A stretch of 64,000 nucleotides of DNA from Candidatus Latescibacterota bacterium (GCA_965248355.1 OZ252098.1:608001-672000); one strand, 5' to 3'. Counted from the stretch's first letter, positions 38,893 to 50,108 are shown. Translations and numbers: made by a program. The notes: generated from the letters alone by a model not told the origin.

Positions 38893-38997
38893 CCGGAGTA
38901 CCGAGCCATGCAGGGCATGATCCTCGGCGAGGGCCCGGACTTCGGCTGGGTCACGGACCAGTTGCGACATGCCGAAGCTGTGATCAACGGGACCTGA
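38889..38997 (+). pseudogene. AbiEii-like nucleotidyltransferase toxin reduced to its start and last 33 codons
   Basis: ATG overlaps the antitoxin stop (ATGA); after 7 nt an out-of-frame EYRAMQGMILGEGPDFGWVTDQLRHAEAVINGT-stop resembles AbiEii C-termini. Confidence 0.7.
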
Positions 38998-39049
38998 ACG
39001 TGGCGAGAGGACTTTCTTGACCTCGGGGGCCCATCCGGCCAGCTTGTAT

Positions 39050-39065
39050 GACTGACCGGTCAGTC
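39050..39065. promoter_or_regulatory. Perfect 16-bp palindrome, TetR-type operator candidate
   Basis: GACTGACCGGTCAGTC between TTGACC-N17-CAGCTT and the ABC exporter start. Confidence 0.6.
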
Positions 39066-39080
39066 TAACCGGACCCCTCT

Positions 39081-40853
39081 GTGCGAGCCGATCCTCTCCG
39101 ACTCTTTCGCCCCTGGCTGCGCCCCTACCGCCGCCAGATCGTCCTCGGTCTGGCGCTGCTGCTGGTGGCCCAGTCGATCACTCTGGCCCTGCCCCTGCTG
39201 CTGAAGGAGGCCATCGAGCGCGCCGAGCGGGCCTCGAAGGCGGGGGAGGCCGGGGCCCTCGCGGCCCTGGGGGACGTGGCGGTCTACGCCTGGATCATCG
39301 CCGGCCTGGCCCTGGTGGGCTGGGGGGTGAACTTCGGCATGCGCTGGTTCTTCACCAGCGTCTCCCGCCACGTGGAGCACGACATCCGGCGCGCCTACGT
39401 GAGGCACCTCCTGCACCTGCCGCTGCGGTTCTTCCAGGAGCGGCGGGCCGGCGACCTGATGGCCCGCGCCACCAACGACGTGGAGGCGATCCAGCGCTTC
39501 CTGCACCACGCCTTCCGCATGACCCTCATGGGGGTGCTCACCTTCGTCATGAGCCTGCTCCTGATGAGCCTGATCGACTGGCAGCTGGCCCTGCTGGCCC
39601 TGGCCCCGATGCCGGTGCTGGCCCTGGCGGCCAGTCTCGTCTCCGGCCGGGTCCGCAGGGGCTACCGGCGGGTGCAGGACCAGTTCGGGGCGATCAGCTC
39701 CCGCATCCAGGAGAACCTCGGCGGCATGAGGGTGGTCAAGGCGTGTGCCATCGAGGCCCGGGAGATTCGCGACTTCGAAGCGCTCAACGACGAGTACGTG
39801 GAGCGCAACCGGGGACTCATCCACATCCGCAGCCTGTTCTTTCCCTTCACGGGACTCCTCAACGGAGCGTCCATGCTCGCCGTGCTGTGGCTGGGGGGCC
39901 TGGGCGTCATCGACGGCACGCTGACCCTGGGCGCCTTCGTCGCCTTCAACCTCTATCTCATCCGCATGAGCCGGCCCATGTACCTGCTGGGCCGCATGGT
40001 GGAGGAGTTCCAGCGCGCCGCCGCCTCCCTCGGCCGCATCGGCGCCGTCCTCGACCACCCGCCCGAGGACCGCGGCGCCCCGGGCGCCCACCGGCTGAGA
40101 GGGGAGATCGAGCTGCGCGACGTGCACCTCGCCTTCGACGGCCGCGGCCCGGTCCTGGACGGGGTCTCCCTGCGCGTACCCGCCGGCGACACGCTGGCCA
40201 TCGTCGGCCGGGTGGGCTCGGGCAAGTCGACCCTGGTCCGTCTGATCCCCCGCCTGCTGGAGCCGGACCGCGGCCAGGTCCTGATCGACGGCGTGCCCGT
40301 CGAGCGCATCCCCCTGACGACCCTGCGCGCCGCCATCGGCTACGTGCCGCAGGAGGCCTTCCTGTTCTCGGAGACGATCGAGGAGAACATCGCCCTCGGC
40401 CGGGAGGAATCGGCCGGAGGTGCGCAGGCCGGGGCCCCCGTCGAGTGGGCGGCCGGGATGTCGCAGCTCGACCCGGCCGAGTTCCCCGACGGCTTCGAGA
40501 CCGTCGTCGGGGAGCGCGGCGTGACCTTGTCGGGGGGGCAGAAGCAGCGCACCGCCCTGGCCCGGGCCCTGGCCCGCGAGCCCCGCATCCTCATCCTCGA
40601 CGACGCCCTGGCCAGCGTCGACACGGCCACCGAGGAGGGGATCGTGGACAACCTGCGGCAGGTGATGGCGCAGCGCACGACCCTCCTCATCGCCCATCGC
40701 CTGTCGAGCGTGCGCCACGCCGACCGCATCGTCGTCCTCGACGACGGCGGCATCGCCGAGCAGGGCACCCACGACGAGCTGGTCGCGCTGGGCGGACTCT
40801 ACGCCGCCATGCACCGCCGCCAGAGCCTGGCCCGGGAGCTGACACGGTTTTGA
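39081..40853 (+). CDS. ABC exporter half-transporter (TMD+NBD), heterodimer subunit A
   Basis: GRVGSGKS, LSGGQKQR, ILDD (degenerate Walker B), IAHRLS. Confidence 0.92.
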   Translation: MRADPLRLFRPWLRPYRRQIVLGLALLLVAQSITLALPLLLKEAIERAERASKAGEAGALAALGDVAVYAWIIAGLALVGWGVNFGMRWFFTSVSRHVEHDIRRAYVRHLLHLPLRFFQERRAGDLMARATNDVEAIQRFLHHAFRMTLMGVLTFVMSLLLMSLIDWQLALLALAPMPVLALAASLVSGRVRRGYRRVQDQFGAISSRIQENLGGMRVVKACAIEAREIRDFEALNDEYVERNRGLIHIRSLFFPFTGLLNGASMLAVLWLGGLGVIDGTLTLGAFVAFNLYLIRMSRPMYLLGRMVEEFQRAAASLGRIGAVLDHPPEDRGAPGAHRLRGEIELRDVHLAFDGRGPVLDGVSLRVPAGDTLAIVGRVGSGKSTLVRLIPRLLEPDRGQVLIDGVPVERIPLTTLRAAIGYVPQEAFLFSETIEENIALGREESAGGAQAGAPVEWAAGMSQLDPAEFPDGFETVVGERGVTLSGGQKQRTALARALAREPRILILDDALASVDTATEEGIVDNLRQVMAQRTTLLIAHRLSSVRHADRIVVLDDGGIAEQGTHDELVALGGLYAAMHRRQSLARELTRF

Positions 40854-42721
40854 TGGTCCGCCCCTCCCCGCCGCCTCCGGCGACCGCCTTGGGAGAGGAG
40901 ACCGAGAGCGCCCGCAGCCTGGAGGCGCGCCTCGTGGTCCGCCTGCTGGGTTACCTGCGGCCCTACGCCTTCTGGGTGCTGGCCGGCGGGGCCGCCCTCC
41001 TCGCCGGCGTCGGCGTCCGCCAGGCGGGACCCTACCTGACCAAGATCGGCGTCGACGACTACCTGCTGGCCGGCGACGCCGAGGGGTTCGGCGTCATCGT
41101 CCTGCTCTACGCGGCCCTGCTGGGGCTGCAGTTCCTCCTCGGCTACGGCCAGAGCTGGGTGACGAACATGGTCGGCCAGTGGGCCATGCGCGACCTGCGC
41201 CTGACGATCTTCGATCGCCTGCAGTGGCTGCCCCTGCGGTTCTACGACCGCACGCCCGTGGGCCGGCTCATGGCGCGCAACACCAGCGACGTGGACGCCC
41301 TCAACGAGCTGTTCACCGACGGCCTCGTGACGCTCGTGAGCGACCTCTTCACGGTGATCGCCATCCTCGGGTTCATCTTCTACATGGACGCCGGCCTCGG
41401 CCTGCTCACCAGCCTCTGTCTGCCCCTCGCCTTCCTCGCCACCGCCTGGCTGCAGCGCCGGACCTACAGGACCTACCAGGAGGCCCGCACCCGCTTCGGG
41501 CAGTTCGCGGCCTCCCTGCAGGAGGCCATCTCCGGCATGGAGGTGGTGCAGCTCTTCGGCGCCGAGGACCGCCGCTCGCGCCGTTTCGAACAGAGCAACG
41601 ACGAGTACCTGCGCAGCCGCCTCACGGCCAGCCTCTACCACTCGGCCTACTTCCCGGTCATGGAGCTCTCGGCCGGCCTGATGCTGGCCCTCACCCTGTG
41701 GTACGGCACCGGCCAGGTCCTGGCCCGGGAGATGGAGTGGGGGGTGCTGGTGGCCATGCTGCAGTACGTGCCCCGGTTCTTCATGCCCCTGCGATCGATC
41801 GCCGAAGGCTACCAGGTGCTGCAGACCGCCATGGCCTCGTCGGAGCGCATCTTCGAGCTTCTCGACACCGGCGAGGAGCCCACGGGGACCCACCGGGACC
41901 CGCGCCCGGTGCAGGGCCGCATCGAGTTCCGCGACGTCTGGTTCGCCTACGACGGCGGGCCGGGCGAGGAGGAATGGGTCCTGCGGGGCGTCTCCTTCAG
42001 CCTCGAGCCCGGCCAGAGTCTGGCCGTGGCCGGCGCCACCGGCGCCGGCAAGAGCACCCTCGTCAACCTTCTGTGCCGGTTCTACGAGGTCCAGCGCGGC
42101 GATGTCCGGGTGGACGGGATCGACGTCAGGGACTGGGAGGTGCGCGACCTGCGCCGCCGCATCGGCGTGGTGCACCAGGACGTCTTCCTCTTCGCCGGCA
42201 GCGTGGCGGACAACATCGCCCTCGGCGCCGGGGGCGGAGGCGACCCGGTCCCCAGGGAGCGGATCGTGCAGGCCGCCCGCGACACCAACGCCGACCGCTT
42301 CATCGACCGCCTGCCGGCCGGCTACGACCAGGCCGTGGGGGAGCGCGGCGTCTCCCTGTCCGCGGGACAGCGGCAGCTGTTGTCCTTCGCCCGGGTGCTG
42401 GCCGCCGAGCCGGAGATCCTCGTCCTCGACGAGGCCACGGCCAACATCGACACCGAGACCGAGATGTGGATCCAGGAGGCCGTGGGGCGGATGATGCGCC
42501 GGCGCACGAGCCTGGTCATCGCCCACCGCCTGTCGACGGTGCGCAACGCCGACGCCATCCTGGTGCTGCACCGGGGCCAGGTGCGCGAGCTCGGCCGGCA
42601 CGAGGAGCTGCTGGCCCGCGGCGGGCTCTACCACCGCCTCTATCAGCTGCAGTACGGGGAGCCGGAGTCGGTGCGGGAGGCGCCCTCGTCGCTTCGGCCC
42701 ACGGGGGGCGGCGCATCGTGA
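40853..42721 (+). CDS. ABC exporter half-transporter, heterodimer subunit B
   Basis: GATGAGKS, LSAGQRQ, VLDEAT, IAHRLST; TGATG overlap with subunit A. Confidence 0.92.
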   Translation: MVRPSPPPPATALGEETESARSLEARLVVRLLGYLRPYAFWVLAGGAALLAGVGVRQAGPYLTKIGVDDYLLAGDAEGFGVIVLLYAALLGLQFLLGYGQSWVTNMVGQWAMRDLRLTIFDRLQWLPLRFYDRTPVGRLMARNTSDVDALNELFTDGLVTLVSDLFTVIAILGFIFYMDAGLGLLTSLCLPLAFLATAWLQRRTYRTYQEARTRFGQFAASLQEAISGMEVVQLFGAEDRRSRRFEQSNDEYLRSRLTASLYHSAYFPVMELSAGLMLALTLWYGTGQVLAREMEWGVLVAMLQYVPRFFMPLRSIAEGYQVLQTAMASSERIFELLDTGEEPTGTHRDPRPVQGRIEFRDVWFAYDGGPGEEEWVLRGVSFSLEPGQSLAVAGATGAGKSTLVNLLCRFYEVQRGDVRVDGIDVRDWEVRDLRRRIGVVHQDVFLFAGSVADNIALGAGGGGDPVPRERIVQAARDTNADRFIDRLPAGYDQAVGERGVSLSAGQRQLLSFARVLAAEPEILVLDEATANIDTETEMWIQEAVGRMMRRRTSLVIAHRLSTVRNADAILVLHRGQVRELGRHEELLARGGLYHRLYQLQYGEPESVREAPSSLRPTGGGAS

Positions 42722-42765
42722 CGGCCCCGACGACGAACCAACACATCAACAAGGAGACTCCCCCC

Positions 42766-43599
42766 ATGAAGATCGCCCAGGCGGTGCTGGCCCTGCTGGC
42801 CGCCGGCTCCCTGTCGGCCCAGGAACTGACGGTCACGCCGGTGACCGCGGGCATCCACATGATCAGCGGCCGCGGCGGCAACATCGGCGTCTCCGCTGGC
42901 GACGACGGCCTGCTCATGATCGACGCCAAGTTCGCAAACCTCGCGGGTCCGATCCGCGCCGCCCTGGCCGGCCTCGGGGAGGGGGAGCCCGCCTTCCTGC
43001 TCAACACCCACTACCACGGCGACCACACCGGGGGCAATGCCGCCTTCGGAGCGGTGACGCCGATCCTGGCGCACCACAGGGTGCGCGAGCGCCTGCAGGC
43101 CGGGGAAGACCAGCCGTCCGAGGGCCTGCCCGTCCTCACCTTCGCCGACGGCCTGTCCCTGCACTTCAACGGCGAGGAGATCGAGGTCCGTCACTTCCCG
43201 GCGGCCCACACCGACGGCGACGCCGTGGTGTTCTTCACCGGCTCCGACGTGGTCCACATGGGCGACATCATGTTCCACGAGCGGTTTCCCTACGTCGACA
43301 TCGACGCCGGCGGCAGCGTCGAGGGGGTGGTCGCCGCGGTGGAGGCGGTGCTGGCGCGGATCGGCCCCGAGACGCGGGTCATCCCCGGACACGGCGGCCT
43401 GGCCACGCCCGACGACCTGCGGACCTACCTGCGCATGATCCGGCAGACGCGGGCAGCGGTTCAGGATGGGATGGCCGCGGGCCGGACCCTGGAGGAGCTG
43501 CAGGCGGCGGGCGTGTCGGAGGAGTGGTCCGGTTGGAGCTGGGGCTTCATCTCCACCGGGCGCTGGATCGCGACCCTGCACCACGGCGCGGGGGGGTGA
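42766..43599 (+). CDS. Secreted MBL-fold metallohydrolase (cyclase-like)
   Basis: Signal peptide MKIAQAVLALLAAGSLSA; THYHGDHTGG, AHTDGD, HMGD, IPGHG. Confidence 0.88.
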   Translation: MKIAQAVLALLAAGSLSAQELTVTPVTAGIHMISGRGGNIGVSAGDDGLLMIDAKFANLAGPIRAALAGLGEGEPAFLLNTHYHGDHTGGNAAFGAVTPILAHHRVRERLQAGEDQPSEGLPVLTFADGLSLHFNGEEIEVRHFPAAHTDGDAVVFFTGSDVVHMGDIMFHERFPYVDIDAGGSVEGVVAAVEAVLARIGPETRVIPGHGGLATPDDLRTYLRMIRQTRAAVQDGMAAGRTLEELQAAGVSEEWSGWSWGFISTGRWIATLHHGAGG

Positions 43600-43639
43600 T
43601 CGGGAGACGCGGGTCAGCCGGTGAGCGGTCCTGCCCCGC

Positions 43640-46600
43640 TCACCGGATCAGCATGCAGCGCCGGGTGCGGACGGTTTCGGCCGTGGTGAGCCGATAGAAG
43701 TAGACGCCGCTGGAGACCGGGGATCCCCGGTCATCGGTGCCGGACCAGCGCACCTTGTGCAGCCCGGGGGGACGCCGCTCGTCGAGGAGCCGGCGGACCC
43801 GCTGCCCGAGCAGGTTGAAGATGTCGATCCTCACCTGGCCGCCGGCCCCCAGCCGGAAGGGGATCACCGTGCTCGCGTTGAAGGGATTCGGGTAGCTCCT
43901 CAGCAGCTCCGACGTCCCTGGCACCTCCAGGTCCCCGGCGATCGCCGTCGGCGCGTGTTCGATGGAGAACAGCCCGGCGCTCGTGGCCACGTAAAGGGTC
44001 GACGGCTCGGAGGGATCGACGGCGACGTCGTTGATCCACGGGACCCCCGGATAGCCGGGGTCCAGGGCCCTCCAGGTGGCGCCGCGGTCGGGGCTGTGAT
44101 ACAGCTCGCGGTCGGCGGCCAGGTAGAGGGCGTCGGCGTCGCCCGGGTGGCCGCGCAGGCGGGCCGTCTTCCACCACCCCGTCCGGGGCTCCAGGACCCG
44201 CCGCCAGGTCCGCCCCCCGTCGCCGGAGACGAAGCACCCCCTGTTGGCCGCCGCGTAGAGGACGCCGGGCTCGTCCGGATGCCGGGCCAGGTCCAGACCC
44301 GAGGCCCAGGGCTCGAGGCGGCCGACCACCCTCCAGTCCCAGCCGTCCTTGTGCCCTACCCAGAGGGAGTCGCCGTAGAGGACGGCCAGGGGTCCCGCGA
44401 AGCCAGCAGCGCTCCTCTCGGCCGCAGGCCGACCGGAGGATCCTCTCGACGGGCAAAGGGGCCCATCCTCTCCCAGTTTTCACCGTGGTCGAAACTCATC
44501 CACAATCCCTCGTCCGCCAGGTAGATGACCCCGGACGTCCAGGGGTCGGCGAAGATGGAGGGACGGTGAAAACGGCTGGTGAGACTGAGGGAGCCGATGG
44601 CGCCGCTGCTCTCCAGAGGCTCCCAGGTGTCCCCGCCGGTCGTGCTGCGCAGGTAGCCGGTGGTGCCGGCGAAGTTGGCGATCAGCACCTCGCCGGCCCA
44701 GGGATCCTGGAAAACGACCTCGAAGGGCCCGGCCAGGAAGGGGAAGTACCTCCAGCTCTCCCGCCACTGCCAGTTTCCCCCGCCCTTCCTGTAGACCCCC
44801 AGGTAGGTCTCCCCATCTCTCGACAGGATGGTGGCCAGGTTCAGGCGGTTCAGGTCGTCGAACCACAGGGTGCCGAGCCGTGGACGGATCTCCTCGACCG
44901 TGATCGGGACAACGGTCTCGCCCTGGTCGGTGGAGGTGTACACCCCGCCGAAGGTCTGGATCAGCAGGCCGGAAGGACCGAAGGCGCTCACCCTCTCCAC
45001 ATCGTCGAGCCGCCCGAATCGGGCTCCGGTCCCCCGCCAGGTCTCGCCGGCGTCGTGGCTGCGGAACAGGAGTCTTTCGCTGTGCGCGTAGATCAGGCCG
45101 GGTTCGGAGTCGGAGACGGCCAGGCCCTCGATGTCGCTCGCCATGTCCAGATTCAAGACCCGCCAGGTGGTTCCCTCATCCGAAGTGTGATGGAGACTGT
45201 CCCCGTCAGCCACGTAGAACCCCCCCGGGGTCCACGGGTCTGGAACGGGAAGGGCAAAGGGATTGAGGAGGGGATAGGGATGGGGGACAGGATTGGAACC
45301 GACGGCCCTCGCGCCGGTCTCGTCGAGCCGCCAGAGGTCGATCGACGGCCCTTCCGGTGTTTGGACCCAGACCCACGCATAGAGACGTTGGGGATCCGCA
45401 GGATGGGAAGAGACATCCAGAGCGGTGCCCTCGACGGGAAACTCCTTCCACGTCCGTCCCCGGTCGTCGGAGACCAGGACCGCCTCGCGGGCGACGGCGT
45501 AGAGCCGGTCCGGCAGATGGCCGTCGACGAAGGCGGCGCCCACGCCCTCGGGCATGGGAACGGCGGACCATGTAGCCCCCCCATCAAGGGTCGCGAAGAT
45601 TCCCTTGAACCCCCCCAAGAAGAAGGGACCGTCCACCTCGATGACGTAGGCGGTCAGGGGGTCTTCCACGTCGCCCCGGACGAGGCTGTCCCTGTCGCGG
45701 CCCGTAAACATGAAGGTGGCGGGCTGCAGGAGGCCCCTCTGTCGGGTGACCGCCACACGCGCCATCTCGTCCGTCCGTACCAGGACCCGCCCGGTCCGGC
45801 ATGGATCTGCTCAAGCGCAACCTGCAGCGGCACCGCCGGCCCTTCGGGCCGCCAATCGCCGGCTTGGCCGTGCTCGACGCCCGGATCTGGCTCCCCGGGT
45901 GCCACCACACGAGGGGGGTCGCCCACGGCTCCGGTCTCGACGCGCGAGCCCTCGCTCCGGCCGACGTTGCCGTCGCCGTCCTCCACGACGACGGTGACCG
46001 AGTACATCCCGGCGGGTCCCTCCCACCGGGCCTCGTACACGGCTTCCCTCTCGACCATGGATACCTCCGCACGAAGGGTGGAGTCGGGCAGGCCGTGAAT
46101 CCGGGCCGACACGCGGCGGATCCCGCTGCCCTCGAGGATGTGACTCCGGCGCACCTGGACGATCAGACCGTCCCCGTTCGGGGAGAGCCGCAGGTGCTGT
46201 ACCCTGGGCGGGGTCACGTCCGGCCGCCGGGTGACCTCGAAGGCCGCGGTGTCCGTCCACACCTGGAACAGGGTGCGCACCTCCAGCACGAAGGGCAGCT
46301 CGGTCCCGGCGGCCCCGGCCAGGGCAAGGAACTCCGGTGTCCTCGAGCTGCGGGCGCTCTCCGGGCCCTCCGCGGTGAAGCGGACGGCCCCGTCGGACAC
46401 CCGAAGGGCGGCCTCGCTGGGACTGGACAGATAGAAGCTCAGGGCCCACAGCAGATCGGGCTCCGTCGAGCCGAGCCGCAGATCCAGGTGAAAGAAGTCC
46501 CCGGGATCGATGCGGTCCGTCCCCTGCCCGTCCCGCACCTGCCAGCCCACATCGACCTGCCGGGCGCTGATCACGGGGATCCGCAGGTCCTGCCGGCCGA

Positions 46601-48374
46601 GGGTGTCGGCGCCGGCCAGGGCGGTGAGCCGCAACCGCGCCACCCGCGCGGAGGCGAAGTCCGTGGAGACCACGATCCGGGGCGGGGTCTCGAAGGCGCC
46701 GCCCAGATGGTGGATGTCCGGAAGCAGGTCGGGCAGCTCGTGGCGCTCCGGGGTGACCGTGAGCGGGCCGTCCAGCGACTCCAGGGTCAGGGTCGCGCCA
46801 CGGGCGGGGAGCCCGCCCCGGTTCACGGGGTCGAATTCCAGCACCCCCTCCTCGCCGGCCACGAGGACGCCGTCCCCGGTCTGGTCCTGCACCGTGAGAC
46901 CCTCGAACTCGATGCGCGGCCCATCGATCTCGATCTGGGCCTCGACGCCCCGCTCGGTCAGCTCGATGGCGGTGATGGCGAAGGTGCCGCGGCCCTCCCG
47001 GTCGGCGGAACTGGGGTTGGTGGCGGCCGTGAACTCCGTGCGCCCGCCGGGGCCGAAGACGTCGGTGGCGTCCCCGAGGTTGCCCGCATGGGACTTGGCG
47101 TAGGCCTCGTCCCCGGCCCAGAAGTCGAGGTTGTCCCCGCCGTGCAGGGGATCGGACGTCCGGCCGACAGGGAAGCCGCCCTCCTTCCAGCGGCCGTCGG
47201 CGGACTCCAGATCGACCTGCCAGTGCGCCTTGGTGACCTCGCCGGTGCGGTTGCTCATGACGTGCCAGATGAGCAGGCCTTCGGCGGGGATCCCCCGGTC
47301 GTACCAGGAGGAGCGGGTCCGGTACTCCAGCAGGAAATACTCCTCGGCGCCGGCGGGGATCTTCACGAGATCCCCCGTCTCGGCCACGTCCCGCACCAGG
47401 ATGCGCTGCGACGGGCTCGCCGCCTCCGTCACCTGGGCCCACCCGAGCCGGAGGCGGCTCCACGCCGAGAAGCTGGCGGGTCCGTCGTCGCCCCCCCAGC
47501 CGAAGACACCCCAGCCCATGAGGCCCCAGTTGCCGATGCCGGCCGAATCCCCGGCCGGGTCGCGCGCCTCCTGGCTGAGATAGGCCACGTTGTAGAGGTC
47601 GGGAAGCCCGAAGAGGGTGTGGCCCAGCTCATGGGCGACCGTGCCGGCCGCCTCGGGGAAGGTGCGGCCCTGGGCGACGAGGCCGCTGCGGTAGCCGATC
47701 GGCTCTCCGTTGTGGCCGGGGTCGGAGGTGGCCACCGCCTCGAGGAGGCCCAGGTCGCGGATCCCGGTGGCGCCCCCGAGGAGGAAGTTGGGCGGCAGGG
47801 AGGGGGTGAGGACGACGACCAGGTCCACCTCGCCGTCGTCGTCGCCGGAGTCCGGTTTCCCGTCGGGCCCGTCGTCATCGAACCCGGCGAGATCCAGGTC
47901 GTCGTCCACCTGGCGCAGGATCTCCCGCACGAAGTCCGAATAGCGGCCGAACTCCGTGTGACTGCGCGATGTGTAGTCGACGGCGTGGCCGGAGGAGAAG
48001 TAGCGCCGCGGCGCCACGGTCCCTCGGAGGGTCAGACCCCCGAAGGACATCTCCCCGTAGAAGTGGCTGACGCTGCCGGGAAGGTCCGGATCGAAGAGGG
48101 ACTCGGCCCAGGAGGGCACGCCGCCCTGCTGACCCCGGAAGCCGGTGAAGACCACCAGGGCGGTGACTTCCGAGAGGGCGCCGCTGGCGGCGGCCTTGGC
48201 GCGGGGAGGCGGGACCGGCCCGGCCTGGTTCGAGGCCGCGGCCAGGGCCTCGGCACAGATGAAGCGAGAGACGGCGCCGGCGGCCTGAACGGAAACCGCC
48301 AGGACAGCCAGCAGCAGGAGAGCTCCCTGCCGTCTCCTGCGGCCGGGACGGCGGGGCTCGGCCTCACACTCCAA
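43640..48374 (-). pseudogene. Large secreted M6 (immune inhibitor A-like) metalloprotease with BNR propeller repeats and a T9SS-like C-terminal domain; two frameshifts (~45727 and ~44392)
   Basis: HELGHTLFGLPDLY, IGNWGLMG, EYFLLEYR, GLLIWHV; S.D.G.TW repeats; SYPNPFN; three consecutive ORFs can be joined by single-base restorations. Confidence 0.75.
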
Positions 48375-48513
48375 GGATGGATGCGCTCACGAAAGCGGCC
48401 TTTGGTTCGGGTTCCCAGGCTGGGTAGAAAGGACCCTCCAGGCGTCGCGCCGTCAACCTGGATCGGCTATCTTGGCCGCTCGCCGGAACCACCCTCCCGG
48501 AGGCAGATCCGCA

Positions 48514-49326
48514 GTGAAGTACCGATTCGCCGAGATGATCTGGCACGAGATCCGCGACGCCGCCCGGGACGGCCGCGTCGCCGTGCTGCCGGTGGCCACC
48601 TACGAGGATCACGGCCCGCATCTGCCGGTGGACACGGACGTGGTGCTCTGCACCGGGATCTGCGAGCGCGCCGTGGCGCGAATCCCCGGCGAGGCCGTGC
48701 TGGCGCCGGCCGTGCCCCACGGGTACAGCCCCCATCACATGGACTTCCACGGCACCCTGACCATCACCTGGGACACCTTCATCCGCTACGTGAAGGACGT
48801 GGCCTGCAGCCTCGGCCACCACGGCTTCGAGCGCATCCTCATCGTCAACGGCCACGGCAGCAACGCCTCGCCCCTGGACCTGGCGGCGCGGCTCACGGTG
48901 ATGGAGTACGGGGGCCGCGTCTACTGCGCCAGCGTCAGTCACTGGGACCTGCGCAAGGCCAAGACCGCCGGCGCCGAGCTGCGCGATTCCGACCACGGCG
49001 GCACCTCCCACGGCGGCGAGTACGAGACCGCCCTCTACCTGGCCCTGAAGCCGGAGCTGGTGGAGATGGACAAGGCCGTGGACGAGCGCTCGCCCCTGTC
49101 GAAGAGCTTCCGCTCCGACCTGCTGGCCGGCACCCACCCGGAGGGCTCCGGGGCGCGGCTGATTCCCTACTGGAGCTCCCAGACGGCCAGCGGCGTCCTC
49201 GGGGACGCGACCAAGGCGACACCCGAGAAGGGCGAGGCCTGGCTGGAGGCCGCCGTGAGCGGTCTCGTCGACCTGATCCGTGAATTGCGGGCGCAACCGA
49301 TCCTGCCGAGGAGGGACCAGCACTGA
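48514..49326 (+). CDS. Creatininase-family amidohydrolase
   Basis: EDHGPHLPVDTD, SPHHMDFHGT, NGHGSN, HGGEYET. Confidence 0.9.
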   Translation: MKYRFAEMIWHEIRDAARDGRVAVLPVATYEDHGPHLPVDTDVVLCTGICERAVARIPGEAVLAPAVPHGYSPHHMDFHGTLTITWDTFIRYVKDVACSLGHHGFERILIVNGHGSNASPLDLAARLTVMEYGGRVYCASVSHWDLRKAKTAGAELRDSDHGGTSHGGEYETALYLALKPELVEMDKAVDERSPLSKSFRSDLLAGTHPEGSGARLIPYWSSQTASGVLGDATKATPEKGEAWLEAAVSGLVDLIRELRAQPILPRRDQH

Positions 49327-50108
49327 TGGGCATACTCGACCGCTTCTCGCTGGAGGGACGCGTCGCCGTGGTCACAGGCGGCGCCGGACCCCTGTTCGGC
49401 TCCAGCATCTCCGAGGCCCTGGCCGAGGCCGGGGCTACCGTGATCACGGCCTCGCGCTCGCTGGAGCGCAACGAGGCCTTCGCCGCCGGGCTGCGCGGCA
49501 AGGGTCTTGTGGCCCACGCCCTGCAGCTCGACGTCACCGACACCGCCTCGATCGAGGCCTTCGGCGGCCAGGTCCACGACCGCTTCGAGCGGGTCGACGT
49601 GCTCGTCAACTCCGCCGTCGTCGCCAGGGGCGGCGGCTTCGAGGAGCAGACCCCCGACTACTGGGAGTTCAGCGCCCGGGGCAACATGACCGGCCTCTTC
49701 GCGCTGTGCAAGGCCTTCCTGCCCGGCATGGCCGACCGCGGCCGGGGCTCGATCATCAACATCTCCAGCATCTACGGCGTGGTGGCCAACGACCCCACCC
49801 TCTACGAGGGCACGTCCATGCGGCAGCCGCCGGACTACACCTTCGTGAAGGCCGGCATGATCAACTACACACGCTACCTGGCCAGCTACTTCGGCAAGCA
49901 GGGCGTGCGCGCCAACTGCATCTGCCCCGGGGGCTACTTCGACGAGCAGCCCGCCCCCTTCGTCGAGGCCTACGAGAAGCGCTGCCCCCTCGGCCGCATG
50001 CTCGACAACGAGGACATCAAGGGCGCCGTGGTCTTCCTCGCCTCCGACGCCTCCGCCTACGTAACCGGCGCCGCCCTGATGGTCGACGGCGGCTGGACGA
50101 GTGTGTAG
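49326..50108 (+). CDS. Short-chain dehydrogenase/reductase
   Basis: TGGAGPLFG, NISSIYG, YTFVK, NCICPGG, VDGGW. Confidence 0.9.
   Translation: MGILDRFSLEGRVAVVTGGAGPLFGSSISEALAEAGATVITASRSLERNEAFAAGLRGKGLVAHALQLDVTDTASIEAFGGQVHDRFERVDVLVNSAVVARGGGFEEQTPDYWEFSARGNMTGLFALCKAFLPGMADRGRGSIINISSIYGVVANDPTLYEGTSMRQPPDYTFVKAGMINYTRYLASYFGKQGVRANCICPGGYFDEQPAPFVEAYEKRCPLGRMLDNEDIKGAVVFLASDASAYVTGAALMVDGGWTSV

Noticed and set aside
48514..49326. Mycofactocin peptidase MftE
   Set aside because: No mftA/B/C neighbours; only a generic creatininase-family call is supported
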